Shown piece by piece: positions 41,067-54,200 of a stretch of DNA of 64,000 nt. Position numbers and translations under genes: made by a program. Origin of the DNA: Auanema rhodensis (lineage: Eukaryota > Animalia > Nematoda); contig OZ059899.1 of NCBI GenBank assembly GCA_964057225.1, positions 4,092,001 to 4,156,000 of the forward strand. The letters run 5' to 3'. A model generated the notes under the pieces. The model searched no databases and was not told where the DNA came from. It saw only the letters and a list, made by a program, of their open reading frames with translations. Each line of letters begins with the position of its first letter. The first letter of the stretch is position 1.

Positions 41067-44000
41067 TTTTAAGCTGCGTCGTTCTGTGTTATCAGATTTG
41101 CGCTAACTTAAAAATGCACCGAGATATCAACTGATATAAGTTCACACTTATATCCTCGATTTTCACCCTGAAGAATTAATTTTTTCGTTGAATAACATTG
41201 TCCATCGTCTTTGCCTTGAAAAAAGGAATCTAAAAACATCTACTTTTTGCTAAATTATTTTGAAATTTTTCGAAAAAATTTTTGTCAAAATGTTTTTGGA
41301 AGCAATGTTGAGTGTACATGGAAACTCAACATACACTAATGCATCATTTTTCAAACGATCATAACTAATTTTTGTATTAAGCGTTTCTCAATGTAGTATA
41401 GTGCATTCGATGCGGATTTTTAAGCTGCGTCGATCTGTGTTATCAGATTTGCGCTAGCTTAAAAATGCACCGAGATATCAACTGATATAAGTTCACACTT
41501 ATATCCTCGATTTTCACCCTGAAGAATTAATTTTTTCGTTGAATAACATTGTCCATCGTCTTTGCCTTGAAAAATGGAATCTAAAAACATCTACTTTTTG
41601 CTAAATTATTTTGAAATTTTTCGAAAAAATTTTTGTCAAAATGTTTTTGGAAGCAATGTTGAGTGTACATGGAAACTCAACATACACTAATGCATCATTT
41701 TTCAAACGATCATAACTAATTTTTGTATTAAGCGTTTCTCAATGTAGTATAGTGCATTCAATGCGGATTTTTAAGCTGCGTCGATCTGTGTTATCAGATT
41801 TGCGCTAGCTTAAAAATGCACCGAGATATCAACTGATATAAGTTCACACTTATATCCTCGATTTTCACCCTGAAGAATTAATTTTTTCGTTGAATAACAT
41901 TGTCCATCGTCTTTGCCTCGAAAAATGGAATCTTAAAACATCTACTTTTTGCTAAATTATTTTGAAATTTTTCGAAAAAATTTTTGTCAAAATGTTTTTG
42001 GAAGCAATGTTGAGTGTACATGGAAACTCAACATACACTAATGCATCATTTTTCAAACGATCATAACTAATTTTTGTATTAATCGTTTCTAAATGTAGTA
42101 TAGTGCATTCGATGCGGATTTTTAAGTTGCGTCGATCTGTGTTTTCAGATTTGCGCTAGCTTAAAAATGCACCGAGATATCAACTGATATAAGTTCACAC
42201 TTATATCCTCGATTTTCACCCTGAAGAATTAATTTTTTCGTTGAATAACATTGTCCATCGTCTTTGCCTTGAAAAATAGAATCTAAAAACATCTACTTTT
42301 TGCTAAATTATTTTGAAATTTTTCGAAAAAATTTTTGTCAAAATGTTTTTGGAAGCAATGTTGAGTGTACATGGAAACTCAACATACACTAATGCATCAT
42401 TTTTCAAACGATCATAACTAATTTTTGTATTAAGCGTTTCTCAATGTAGTATAGTGCATTCGATGCGGATTTTTAAGCTGCGTCGATCTGTGTTATCAGA
42501 TTTGCGCTAGCTTAAAAATGCACCGAGATATCAACTGATATAAGTTCACACATATATCCTCGATTTTCACCCTGAAGAAATAATTTTTTCGTTGAATAAC
42601 ATTGTCCATCGTCTTTGCCTTGAAAAAAGGAATCTAAAAACATCTACTTTTTGCTAAATTATTTTGAAATTTTTCGAAAAAATTTTTGTCAAAATGTTTT
42701 TGGAAGCAATGTTGAGTGTACATGGAAACTCAACATACACTAATGCATCATTTTTCAAACGATCATAACTAATTTTTGTATTAAGCGTTTCTCAATGTAG
42801 TATAGTGCATTCGATGCGGATTTTTAAGCTGCGTCGATCTGTGTTATCAGATTTGCGCTAGCTTAAAAATGCACCGAGATATCAACTGATATAAGTTCAC
42901 ACTTATATCCTCGATTTTCACCCTGAAGAATTAATTTTTTCGTTGAATAACATTGTCCATCGTCTTTGCCTTGAAAAATGGAATCTTAAAACATCTACTT
43001 TTTGCTAAATTATTTTGAAATTTTTCGAAAAAATTTTTGTCAAAATGTTTTTGGAAGCAATGTTGAGTGTACATGGAAACTCAACATACACTAATGCATC
43101 ATTTTTCAAACGATCATAACTAATTTTTGTATTAATCGTTTCTAAATGTAGTATAGTGCATTCGATGCGGATTTTTAAGTTGCGTCGATCTGTGTTTTCA
43201 GATTTGCGCTAGCTTAAAAATGCACCGAGATATCAACTGATATAAGTTCACACTTATATCCTCGATTTTCACCCTGAAGAATTAATTTTTTCGTTGAATA
43301 ACATTGTCCATCGTCTTTGCCTTGAAAAATAGAATCTAAAAACATCTACTTTTTGCTAAATTATTTTGAAATTTTTCGAAAAAATTTTTGTCAAAATGTT
43401 TTTGGAAGCAATGTTGAGTGTACATGGAAACTCAACATACACTAATGCATCATTTTTCAAACGATCATAACTAATTTTTGTATTAATCGTTTCTCAATGT
43501 AGTATAGTGCATTCGATGCGAATTTTTAAGCTGCGTCGTTCTGTGTTATCAGATTTGCGCTAGCTTAAAAATGCACCGAGATATCAACTGATATAAGTTC
43601 ACACTTATATCCTCGATTTTCACCCTGAAGAATTAATTTTTTCGTTGAATAACATTGTCCATCGTCTTTGCCTTGAAAAAAGGAATCTAAAAACATCTAC
43701 TTTTTGCTAAATTATTTTGAAATTTTTCGAAAAAATTTTTGTCAAAATGTTTTTGGAAGCAATGTTGAGTGTACATGGAAACTCAACATACACTAATGCA
43801 TCATTTTTCAAACGATCATAACTAATTTTTGTATTAAGCGTTTCTCAATGTAGTATAGTGCATTCGATGCGGATTTTTAAGCTGCGTCGATCTGTGTTAT
43901 CAGATTTGCGCTAGCTTAAAAATGCACCGAGATATCAACTGATATAAGTTCACACTTATATCCTCGATTTTCACCCTGAAGAATTAATTTTTTCGTTGAA

Positions 44001-45278
44001 TAACATTGTCCATCGTCTTTGCCTTGAAAAATGGAATCTAAAAACATCTACTTTTTGCTAAATTATTTTGAAATTTTTCGAAAAAATTTTTGTCAAAATG
44101 TTTTTGGAAGCAATGTTGAGTGTACATGGAAACTCAACATACACTAATGCATCATTTTTCAAACGATCATAACTAATTTTTGTATTAAGCGTTTCTCAAT
44201 GTAGTATAGTGCATTCAATGCGGATTTTTAAGCTGCGTCGATCTGTGTTATCAGATTTGCGCTAGCTTAAAAATGCACCGAGATATCAACTGATATAAGT
44301 TCACACTTATATCCTCGATTTTCACCCTGAAGAATTAATTTTTTCGTTGAATAACATTGTCCATCGTCTTTGCCTCGAAAAATGGAATCTTAAAACATCT
44401 ACTTTTTGCTAAATTATTTTGAAATTTTTCGAAAAAATTTTTGTCAAAATGTTTTTGGAAGCAATGTTGAGTGTACATGGAAACTCAACATACACTAATG
44501 CATCATTTTTCAAACGATCATAACTAATTTTTGTATTAATCGTTTCTAAATGTAGTATAGTGCATTCGATGCGGATTTTTAAGTTGCGTCGATCTGTGTT
44601 TTCAGATTTGCGCTAGCTTAAAAATGCACCGAGATATCAACTGATATAAGTTCACACTTATATCCTCGATTTTCACCCTGAAGAATTAATTTTTTCGTTG
44701 AATAACATTGTCCATCGTCTTTGCCTTGAAAAATAGAATCTAAAAACATCTACTTTTTGCTAAATTATTTTGAAATTTTTCGAAAAAATTTTTGTCAAAA
44801 TGTTTTTGGAAGCAATGTTGAGTGTACATGGAAACTCAACATACACTAATGCATCATTTTTCAAACGATCATAACTAATTTTTGTATTAAGCGTTTCTCA
44901 ATGTAGTATAGTGCATTCGATGCGGATTTTTAAGCTGCGTCGATCTGTGTTATCAGATTTGCGCTAGCTTAAAAATGCACCGAGATATCAACTGATATAA
45001 GTTCACACATATATCCTCGATTTTCACCCTGAAGAAATAATTTTTTCGTTGAATAACATTGTCCATCGTCTTTGCCTTGAAAAAAGGAATCTAAAAACAT
45101 CTACTTTTTGCTAAATTATTTTGAAATTTTTCGAAAAAATTTTTGTCAAAATGTTTTTGGAAGCAATGTTGAGTGTACATGGAAACTCAACATACACTAA
45201 TGCATCATTTTTCAAACGATCATAACTAATTTTTGTATTAAGCGTTTCTCAATGTAGTATAGTGCATTCGATGCGGAT
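41067..45278. repeat. Local duplication with 7-monomer (2457-bp) period, M118-M122 / M125-M129
   Basis: The rare markers g343a (M119, M126) and t82a+t110a (M122, M129) are 7 units apart, and the intervening monomer types match. Confidence 0.82.
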
Positions 45279-48200
45279 TTTTAAGCTGCGTCGATCTGTG
45301 TTATCAGATTTGCGCTAGCTTAAAAATGCACCGAGATATCAACTGATATAAGTTCACACTTATATCCTCGATTTTCACCCTGAAGAAATAATTTTTTCGT
45401 TGAATAACATTGTCCATCGTCTTTGCCTTGAAAAAAGGAATCTAAAAACATCTACTTTTTGCTAAATTATTCTGAAATTTTTCGAAAAAATTTTTGTCAA
45501 AATGTTTTTGGAAGCAATGTTGAGTGTACATGGAAACTCAACATACACTAATGCATCATTTTTCAAACGATCATAACTAATTTTTGTATTAAGCGTTTCT
45601 CAATGTAGTATAGTGCATTCGATGCGGATTTTTAAGCTGCGTCGATCTGTGTTATCAGATTTGCGCTAGCTTAAAAATGCACCGAGATATCAACTGATAT
45701 AAGTTCACACTTATATCCTCGATTTTCACCCTGAAGAATTAATTTTTTCGTTGAATAACATTGTCCATCGTCTTTGCCTTGAAAAATGGAATCTTAAAAC
45801 ATCTACTTTTTGCTAAATTATTTTGAAATTTTTCGAAAAAATTTTTGTCAAAATGTTTTTGGAAGCAATGTTGAGTGTACATGGAAACTCAACATACACT
45901 AATGCATCATTTTTCAAACGATCATAACTAATTTTTGTATCAAGTGTTTCTCAATGTAGTATAGTGCATTCGATGCGGATTTTTAAGCTGCGTCGATCTG
46001 TGTTATCAGATTTGCGCTAGCTTAAAAATGCACCGAGATATCAACTGATATAAGTTCACACTTATATCCTCGATTTTCACCCTGAAGAATTAATTTTTTC
46101 GTTGAATAACATTGTCCATCGTCTTTTCCTTGAAAAATGGAATCTAAAAACATCTACTTTTTGCTAAATTATTTTGAAATTTTTCGAAAAAATTTTTGTC
46201 AAAATGTTTTTGGAAGCAATGTTGAGTGTACATGGAAACTCAACATACACTAATGCATCATTTTTCAAACGATCATAACTAATTTTTGTATTAAGCGTTT
46301 CTCAATGTAGTATAGTGCATTCGATGCGAATTTTTAAGCTGCGTCGTTCTGTGTTATCAGATTTGCGCTAGCTTGAAAATGCACCGAGATATCAACTGAT
46401 ATAAGTTCACACTTATATCCTCGATTTTCACCCTGAAGAATTAATTTTTTCGTTGAATAACATTGTCCATCGTCTTTGCCTCGAAAAATGGAATCTTAAA
46501 ACATCTACTTTTTGCTAAATTATTTTGAAATTTTTCGAAAAAATTTTTGTCAAAATGTTTTTGGAAGCAATGTTGAGTGTACATGGAAACTCAACATACA
46601 CTAATGCATCATTTTTCAAACGATCATAACTAATTTTTGTATTAATCGTTTCTAAATGTAGTATAGTGCATTCGATGCGGATTTTTAAGTTGCGTCGATC
46701 TGTGTTTTCAGATTTGCGCTAGCTTAAAAATGCACCGAGATATCAACTGATATAAGTTCACACTTATATCCTCGATTTTCACCCTGAAGAAATAATTTTT
46801 TCGTTGAATAACTTTGTCCATCGTCTTTGCCTTGAAAAATAGAATCTAAAAACATCTACTTTTTGCTAAATTATTTTGAAATTTTTCGAAAAAATTTTTG
46901 TCAAAATGTTTTTGGAAGCAATGTTGAGTGTACATGGAAACTCAACATACACTAATGCATCATTTTTCAAACGATCATAACTTATTTTTGTATTAAGCGT
47001 TTCTCAATGTAGTATAGTGCATTCGATGCGGATTTTTAAGCTGCGTCGATCTGTGTTATCAGATTTGCGCTAGCTTAAAAATGCACCGAGATATCAACTG
47101 ATATAAGTTCACACTTATATCCTCGATTTTCACCCTGAAGAAATAATTTTTTCGTTGAATAACATTGTCCATCGTCTTTGCCTTGAAAAAAGGAATCTAA
47201 AAACATCTACTTTTTGCTAAATTATTTTGAAATTTTTCGAAAAAATTTTTGTCAAAATGTTTTTGGAAGCAATGTTGAGTGTACATGGAAACTCAACATA
47301 CACTAATGCATCATTTTTCAAACGATCATAACTTATTTTTGTATTAAGCGTTTCTCAATGTAGTATAGTGCATTCGATGCGGATTTTTAAGCTGCGTCGA
47401 TCTGTGTTATCAGATTTGCGCTAGCTTAAAAATGCACCGAGATATCAACTGATATAAGTTCACACTTATATCCTCGATTTTCACCCTGAAGAAATAATTT
47501 TTTCGTTGAATAACATTGTCCATCGTCTTTGCCTTGAAAAAAGGAATCTAAAAACATCTACTTTTTGCTAAATTATTCTGAAATTTTTCGAAAAAATTTT
47601 TGTCAAAATGTTTTTGGAAGCAATGTTGAGTGTACATGGAAACTCAACATACACTAATGCATCATTTTTCAAACGATCATAACTAATTTTTGTATTAAGC
47701 GTTTCTCAATGTAGTATAGTGCATTCGATGCGGATTTTTAAGCTGCGTCGATCTGTGTTATCAGATTTGCGCTAGCTTAAAAATGCACCGAGATATCAAC
47801 TGATATAAGTTCACACTTATATCCTCGATTTTCACCCTGAAGAATTAATTTTTTCGTTGAATAACATTGTCCATCGTCTTTGCCTTGAAAAATGGAATCT
47901 TAAAACATCTACTTTTTGCTAAATTATTTTGAAATTTTTCGAAAAAATTTTTGTCAAAATGTTTTTGGAAGCAATGTTGAGTGTACATGGAAACTCAACA
48001 TACACTAATGCATCATTTTTCAAACGATCATAACTAATTTTTGTATCAAGTGTTTCTCAATGTAGTATAGTGCATTCGATGCGGATTTTTAAGCTGCGTC
48101 GATCTGTGTTATCAGATTTGCGCTAGCTTAAAAATGCACCGAGATATCAACTGATATAAGTTCACACTTATATCCTCGATTTTCACCCTGAAGAATTAAT

Positions 48201-51200
48201 TTTTTCGTTGAATAACATTGTCCATCGTCTTTTCCTTGAAAAATGGAATCTAAAAACATCTACTTTTTGCTAAATTATTCTGAAATTTTTCGAAAAAATT
48301 TTTGTCAAAATGTTTTTGGAAGCAATGTTGAGTGTACATGGAAACTCAACATACACTAATGCATCATTTTTCAAACGATCATAACTAATTTTTGTATTAA
48401 GGGTTTCTTAATGTAGTATAGTGCATTCGATGCGAATTTTTAAGCTGCGTCGTTCTGTGTTATCAGATTTGCGCTAGCTTAAAAATGCACCGAGATATCA
48501 ACTGATATAAGTTCACACTTATATCCTCGATTTTCACCCTGAAGAATTAATTTTTTCGTTGAATAACATTGTCCATCGTCTTTGCCTTGAAAAAAGGAAT
48601 CTAAAAACATCTACTTTTTGCTAAATTATTTTGAAATTTTTCGAAAAAATTTTTGTCAAAATGTTTTTGGAAGCAATGTTGAGTGTACATGGAAACTCAA
48701 CATACACTAATGCATCATTTTTCAAACGATCATAACTAATTTTTGTATTAAGCGTTTCTTAATGTAGTATAGTGCATTCGATGCGGATTTTTAAGCTGCG
48801 TCGATCTGTGTTATCAGATTTGCGCTAGCTTAAAAATGCACCGAGATATCAACTGATATAAGTTCACACTTATATCCTCGATTTTCACCCTGAAGAAATA
48901 ATTTTTTCGTTGAATAACTTTGTCCATCGTCTTTGCCTTGAAAAATAGAATCTTAAAACATCTACTTTTTGCTAAATTATTTTGAAATTTTTCGAAAAAA
49001 TTTTTGTCAAAATGTTTTTGGAAGCAATGTTGAGTGTACATGGAAACTCAACATACACTAATGCATCATTTTTCAAACGATCATAACTAATTTTTGTATT
49101 AAGCGTTTCTCAATGTAGTATAGTGCATTCGATGCGGATTTTTAAGCTGCGTCGATCTGTGTTATCAGATTTGCGCTAGCTTAAAAATGCACCGAGATAT
49201 CAACTGATATAAGTTCACACTTATATCCTCGATTTTCACCCTGAAGAAATAATTTTTTCGTTGAATAACATTGTCCATCGTCTTTGCCTTGAAAAATAGA
49301 ATCTAAAAACATCTACTTTTTGCTAAATTATTTTGAAATTTTTCGAAAAAATTTTTGTCAAAATGTTTTTGGAAGCAATGTTGAGTGTACATGGAAACTC
49401 AACATACACTAATGCATCATTTTTCAAACGATCATAACTAATTTTTGTATTAAGCGTTTCTCAATGTAGTATAGTGCATTCGATGCGGATTTTTAAGCTG
49501 CGTCGATCTGTGTTATCAGATTTGCGCTAGCTTAAAAATGCACCGAGATATCAACTGATATAAGTTCACACTTATATCCTCGATTTTCACCCTGAAGAAA
49601 TAATTTTTTCGTTGAATAACATTGTCCATCGTCTTTGCCTTGAAAAAAGGAATCTAAAAACATCTACTTTTTGCTAAATTATTTTGAAATTTTTCGAAAA
49701 AATTTTTGTCAAAATGTTTTTGGAAGCAATGTTGAGTGTACATGGAAACTCAACATACACTAATGCATCATTTTTCAAACGATCATAACTAATTTTTGTA
49801 TTAAGCGTTTCTCAATGTAGTATAGTGCATTCGATGCGGATTTTTAAGCTGCGTCGATCTGTGTTATCAGATTTGCGCTAGCTTAAAAATGCACCGAGAT
49901 ATCAACTGATATAAGTTCACACTTATATCCTCGATTTTCACCCTGAAGAAATAATTTTTTCGTTGAATAACATTGTCCATCGTCTTTGCCTTGAAAAAAG
50001 GAATCTAAAAACATCTACTTTTTGCTAAATTATTCTGAAATTTTTCGAAAAAATTTTTGTCAAAATGTTTTTGGAAGCAATGTTGAGTGTACATGGAAAC
50101 TCAACATACACTAATGCATCATTTTTCAAACGATCATAACTAATTTTTGTATTAAGCGTTTCTCAATGTAGTATAGTGCATTCGATGCGGATTTTTAAGC
50201 TGCGTCGATCTGTGTTATCAGATTTGCGCTAGCTTAAAAATGCACCGAGATATCAACTGATATAAGTTCACACTTATATCCTCGATTTTCACCCTGAAGA
50301 ATTAATTTTTTCGTTGAATAACATTGTCCATCGTCTTTGCCTTGAAAAATGGAATCTTAAAACATCTACTTTTTGCTAAATTATTTTGAAATTTTTCGAA
50401 AAAATTTTTGTCAAAATGTTTTTGGAAGCAATGTTGAGTGTACATGGAAACTCAACATACACTAATGCATCATTTTTCAAACGATCATAACTAATTTTTG
50501 TATCAAGTGTTTCTCAATGTAGTATAGTGCATTCGATGCGGATTTTTAAGCTGCGTCGATCTGTGTTATCAGATTTGCGCTAGCTTAAAAATGCACCGAG
50601 ATATCAACTGATATAAGTTCACACTTATATCCTCGATTTTCACCCTGAAGAATTAATTTTTTCGTTGAATAACATTGTCCATCGTCTTTTCCTTGAAAAA
50701 TGGAATCTAAAAACATCTACTTTTTGCTAAATTATTTTGAAATTTTTCGAAAAAATTTTTGTCAAAATGTTTTTGGAAGCAATGTTGAGTGTACATGGAA
50801 ACTCAACATACACTAATGCATCATTTTTCAAACGATCATAACTAATTTTTGTATTAAGCGTTTCTCAATGTAGTATAGTGCATTCGATGCGGATTTTTAA
50901 GCTGCGTCGATCTGTGTTATCAGATTTGCGCTAGCTTAAAAATGCACCGAGATATCAACTGATATAAGTTCACACTTATATCCTCGATTTTCACCCTGAA
51001 GAATTAATTTTTTCGTTGAATAACATTGTCCATCGTCTTTGCCTTGAAAAATGGAATCTTAAAACATCTACTTTTTGCTAAATTATTTTGAAATTTTTCG
51101 AAAAAATTTTTGTCAAAATGTTTTTGGAAGCAATGTTGAGTGTACATGGAAACTCAACATACACTAATGCATCATTTTTCAAACGATCATAACTAATTTT

Positions 51201-54200
51201 TGTATCAAGTGTTTCTCAATGTAGTATAGTGCATTCGATGCGGATTTTTAAGCTGCGTCGATCTGTGTTATCAGATTTGCGCTAGCTTAAAAATGCACCG
51301 AGATATCAACTGATATAAGTTCACACTTATATCCTCGATTTTCACCCTGAAGAATTAATTTTTTCGTTGAATAACATTGTCCATCGTCTTTTCCTTGAAA
51401 AATGGAATCTAAAAACATCTACTTTTTGCTAAATTATTTTGAAATTTTTCGAAAAAATTTTTGTCAAAATGTTTTTGGAAGCAATGTTGAGTGTACATGG
51501 AAACTCAACATACACTAATGCATCATTTTTCAAACGATCATAACTAATTTTTGTATTAAGCGTTTCTCAATGTAGTATAGTGCATTCGATGCGGATTTTT
51601 AAGCTGCGTCGATCTGTGTTATCAGATTTGCGCTAGCTTAAAAATGCACCGAGATATCAACTGATATAAGTTCACACTTATATCCTCGATTTTCACCCTG
51701 AAGATTTGATTTTTTCGTTGAATAACATTGTCCATCGTCTTTGCCTTGAAAAATGGAATCTAAAAACATCTACTTTTTGCTAAATTTTTTTGAAATTTTT
51801 CGAAAAAATTTTTGTCAAAATGTTTTTGGAAGCAATGTTGAGTGTACATGGAAACTCAACATACACTAATGCATCATTTTTCAAACGATCATAACTAATT
51901 CTTGTATTAAGCGTTTCTCAATGTAGTATAGTGCATTCGATGCGGATTTTTAAGCTGCGTCGATCTGTGTTATCAGATTCGCGCTAGCTTAAAAATTCAC
52001 CGAGATATCAACTGATATAAGTTCACACTTATACCCTCGATTTTCACCCTGAAGAATTAATTTTTTCGTTGAATAACATTGTCCATCGTCTTTGCCTTGA
52101 AAAATGGAATCTAAAAACATCTACTTTTTGCTAAATTATTTTGAAATTTTTCGAAAAAATTTTTGTCAAAATGTTTTTGGAAGCAATGTTGAGTGTACAT
52201 GGAAACTCAACATACACTAATGCATCATTTTTCAAACGATCATAACTAATTTTTGTATTAAGCGTTTCTCAATGTAGTATAGTGCATTCGATGCGGATTT
52301 TTAAGCTGCGTCGATCTGTGTTATCAGATTTGCGCTAGCTTAAAAATGCACCGAGATATCAACTGATATAAGTTCACACTTATATCCTCGATTTTCACCC
52401 TGAAGAATTAATTTTTTCGTTGAATAACATTGTCCATCGTCTTTGCCTTGAAAAATGGAATCTAAAAACATCTACTTTTTGCTAAATTATTTTGAAATTT
52501 TTCGAAAAAATTTTTGTCAAAATGTTTTTGGAAGCAATGTTGAGTGTACATGGAAACTCAACATACACTAATGCATCATTTTTCAAACGATCATAACTAA
52601 TTTTTGTATTAAGCGTTTCTCAATGTAGTATAGTGCATTCGATGCGGATTTTTAAGCTGCGTCGATCTGTGTTATCAGATTTGCGCTAGCTTAAACATGC
52701 ACCGAGATATCAACTGATATAAGTTCACACTTATATCCTCGATTTTCACCCTGAAGAATTAATTTTTTCGTTGAATAACATTGTCCATCGTCTTTGCCTT
52801 GAAAAATGGAATCTAAAAACATCTACTTTTTGCTAAATTATCTTGAAATTTTTCGAAAAAATTTTTGTCAAAATGTTTTTGGAAGCAATGTTGAGTGTAC
52901 ATGGAAACTCAACATACACTAATGCATCATTTTTCAAACGATCATAACTAATTTTTGTATTAAGCGTTTCTCAATGTAGTATAGTGCATTCGATGCGGAT
53001 TTTTAAGCTGCGTCGATCTGTGTTATCAGATTCGCGCTAGCTTAAAAATTCACCGAGATATCAACTGATATAAGTTCACACTTATATCCTCGATTTTCAC
53101 CCTGAAGAATTAATTTTTTCGTTGAATAACATTGTCCATCGTCTTTGCCTTGAAAAAAGGAATCTAAAAACATCTACTTTTTGCTGAATTATTTTGAAAT
53201 TTCTCGAAAAAATTTTTGTCAAAATGTTTTTGGAAGCAATGTTGAGTGTACATGGAAACTCAACATACACTAATGCATCATTTTTCAAACGATCATAACT
53301 AATTTTTGTATTAAGCGTTTCTCAATGTAGTATAGTGCATTCGATGCGGATTTTTAAGCTGCGTCGATCTGTGTTATCAGATTCGCGCTAGCTTAAAAAT
53401 TCACCGAGATATCAACTGATATAAGTTCACACTTATATCCTCGATTTTCACCCTGAAGAATTAATTTTTTCGTTGAATAACATTGTCCATCGTCTTTGCC
53501 TTGAAAAATGGAATCTAAAAACATCTACTTTTTGCTAAATTATTTTGAAATTTTTCGAAAAAATTTTTGTCAAAATGTTTTTGGAAGCAATGTTGAGTGT
53601 ACATGGAAACTCAACATACACTAATGCATCATTTTTCAAACGATCATAACTAATTTTTGTATTAAGCGTTTCTCAATGTAGTATAGTGCATTCGATGCGG
53701 ATTTTTAAGCTGCGTCGATCTGTGTTATCAGATTTGCGCTAGCTTAAAAATGCACCGAGATATCAACTGATATAAGTTCACACTTATATCCTCGATTTTC
53801 ACCCTGAAGAATTAATTTTTTCGTTGAATAACATTGTCCATCGTCTTTGCCTCGAAAAATGGAATCTTAAAACATCTACTTTTTGCTAAATTATTTTGAA
53901 ATTTTTCGAAAAAATTTTTGTCAAAATGTTTTTGGAAGCAATGTTGAGTGTACATGGAAACTCAACATACACTAATGCATCATTTTTCAAACGATCATAA
54001 CTAATTTTTGTATTAAGCGTTTCTCAATGTAGTATAGTGCATTCGATGCGAATTTTTAAGCTGCGTCGTTCTGTGTTATCAGATTTGCGCTAGCTTAAAA
54101 ATGCACCGAGATATCAACTGATAAAAGTTTACACTTATATCCTCGATTTTCACCCTGAAGAATTAATTTTTTCGTTGAATAACTTTGTCCATCGTCTTTG

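Noticed and set aside
48814-49041. 75-aa minus-strand ORF (near-identical copy at 63556-63783)
   Set aside because: It is open only where t110a (TAA>TAT) and a166t (TAG>AAG) coincide in one monomer (M140, M182); the other ~180 copies have stops. The F/K/N/I-rich translation simply reflects the A/T tracts, and I recognise no domain.
53097-53288. 63-aa minus-strand ORF (identical copies at 56607-56798 and 61521-61712)
   Set aside because: It is created by the single variant a186g (TAG>CAG) in three related monomers. Identity among the copies reflects satellite duplication, not coding constraint.
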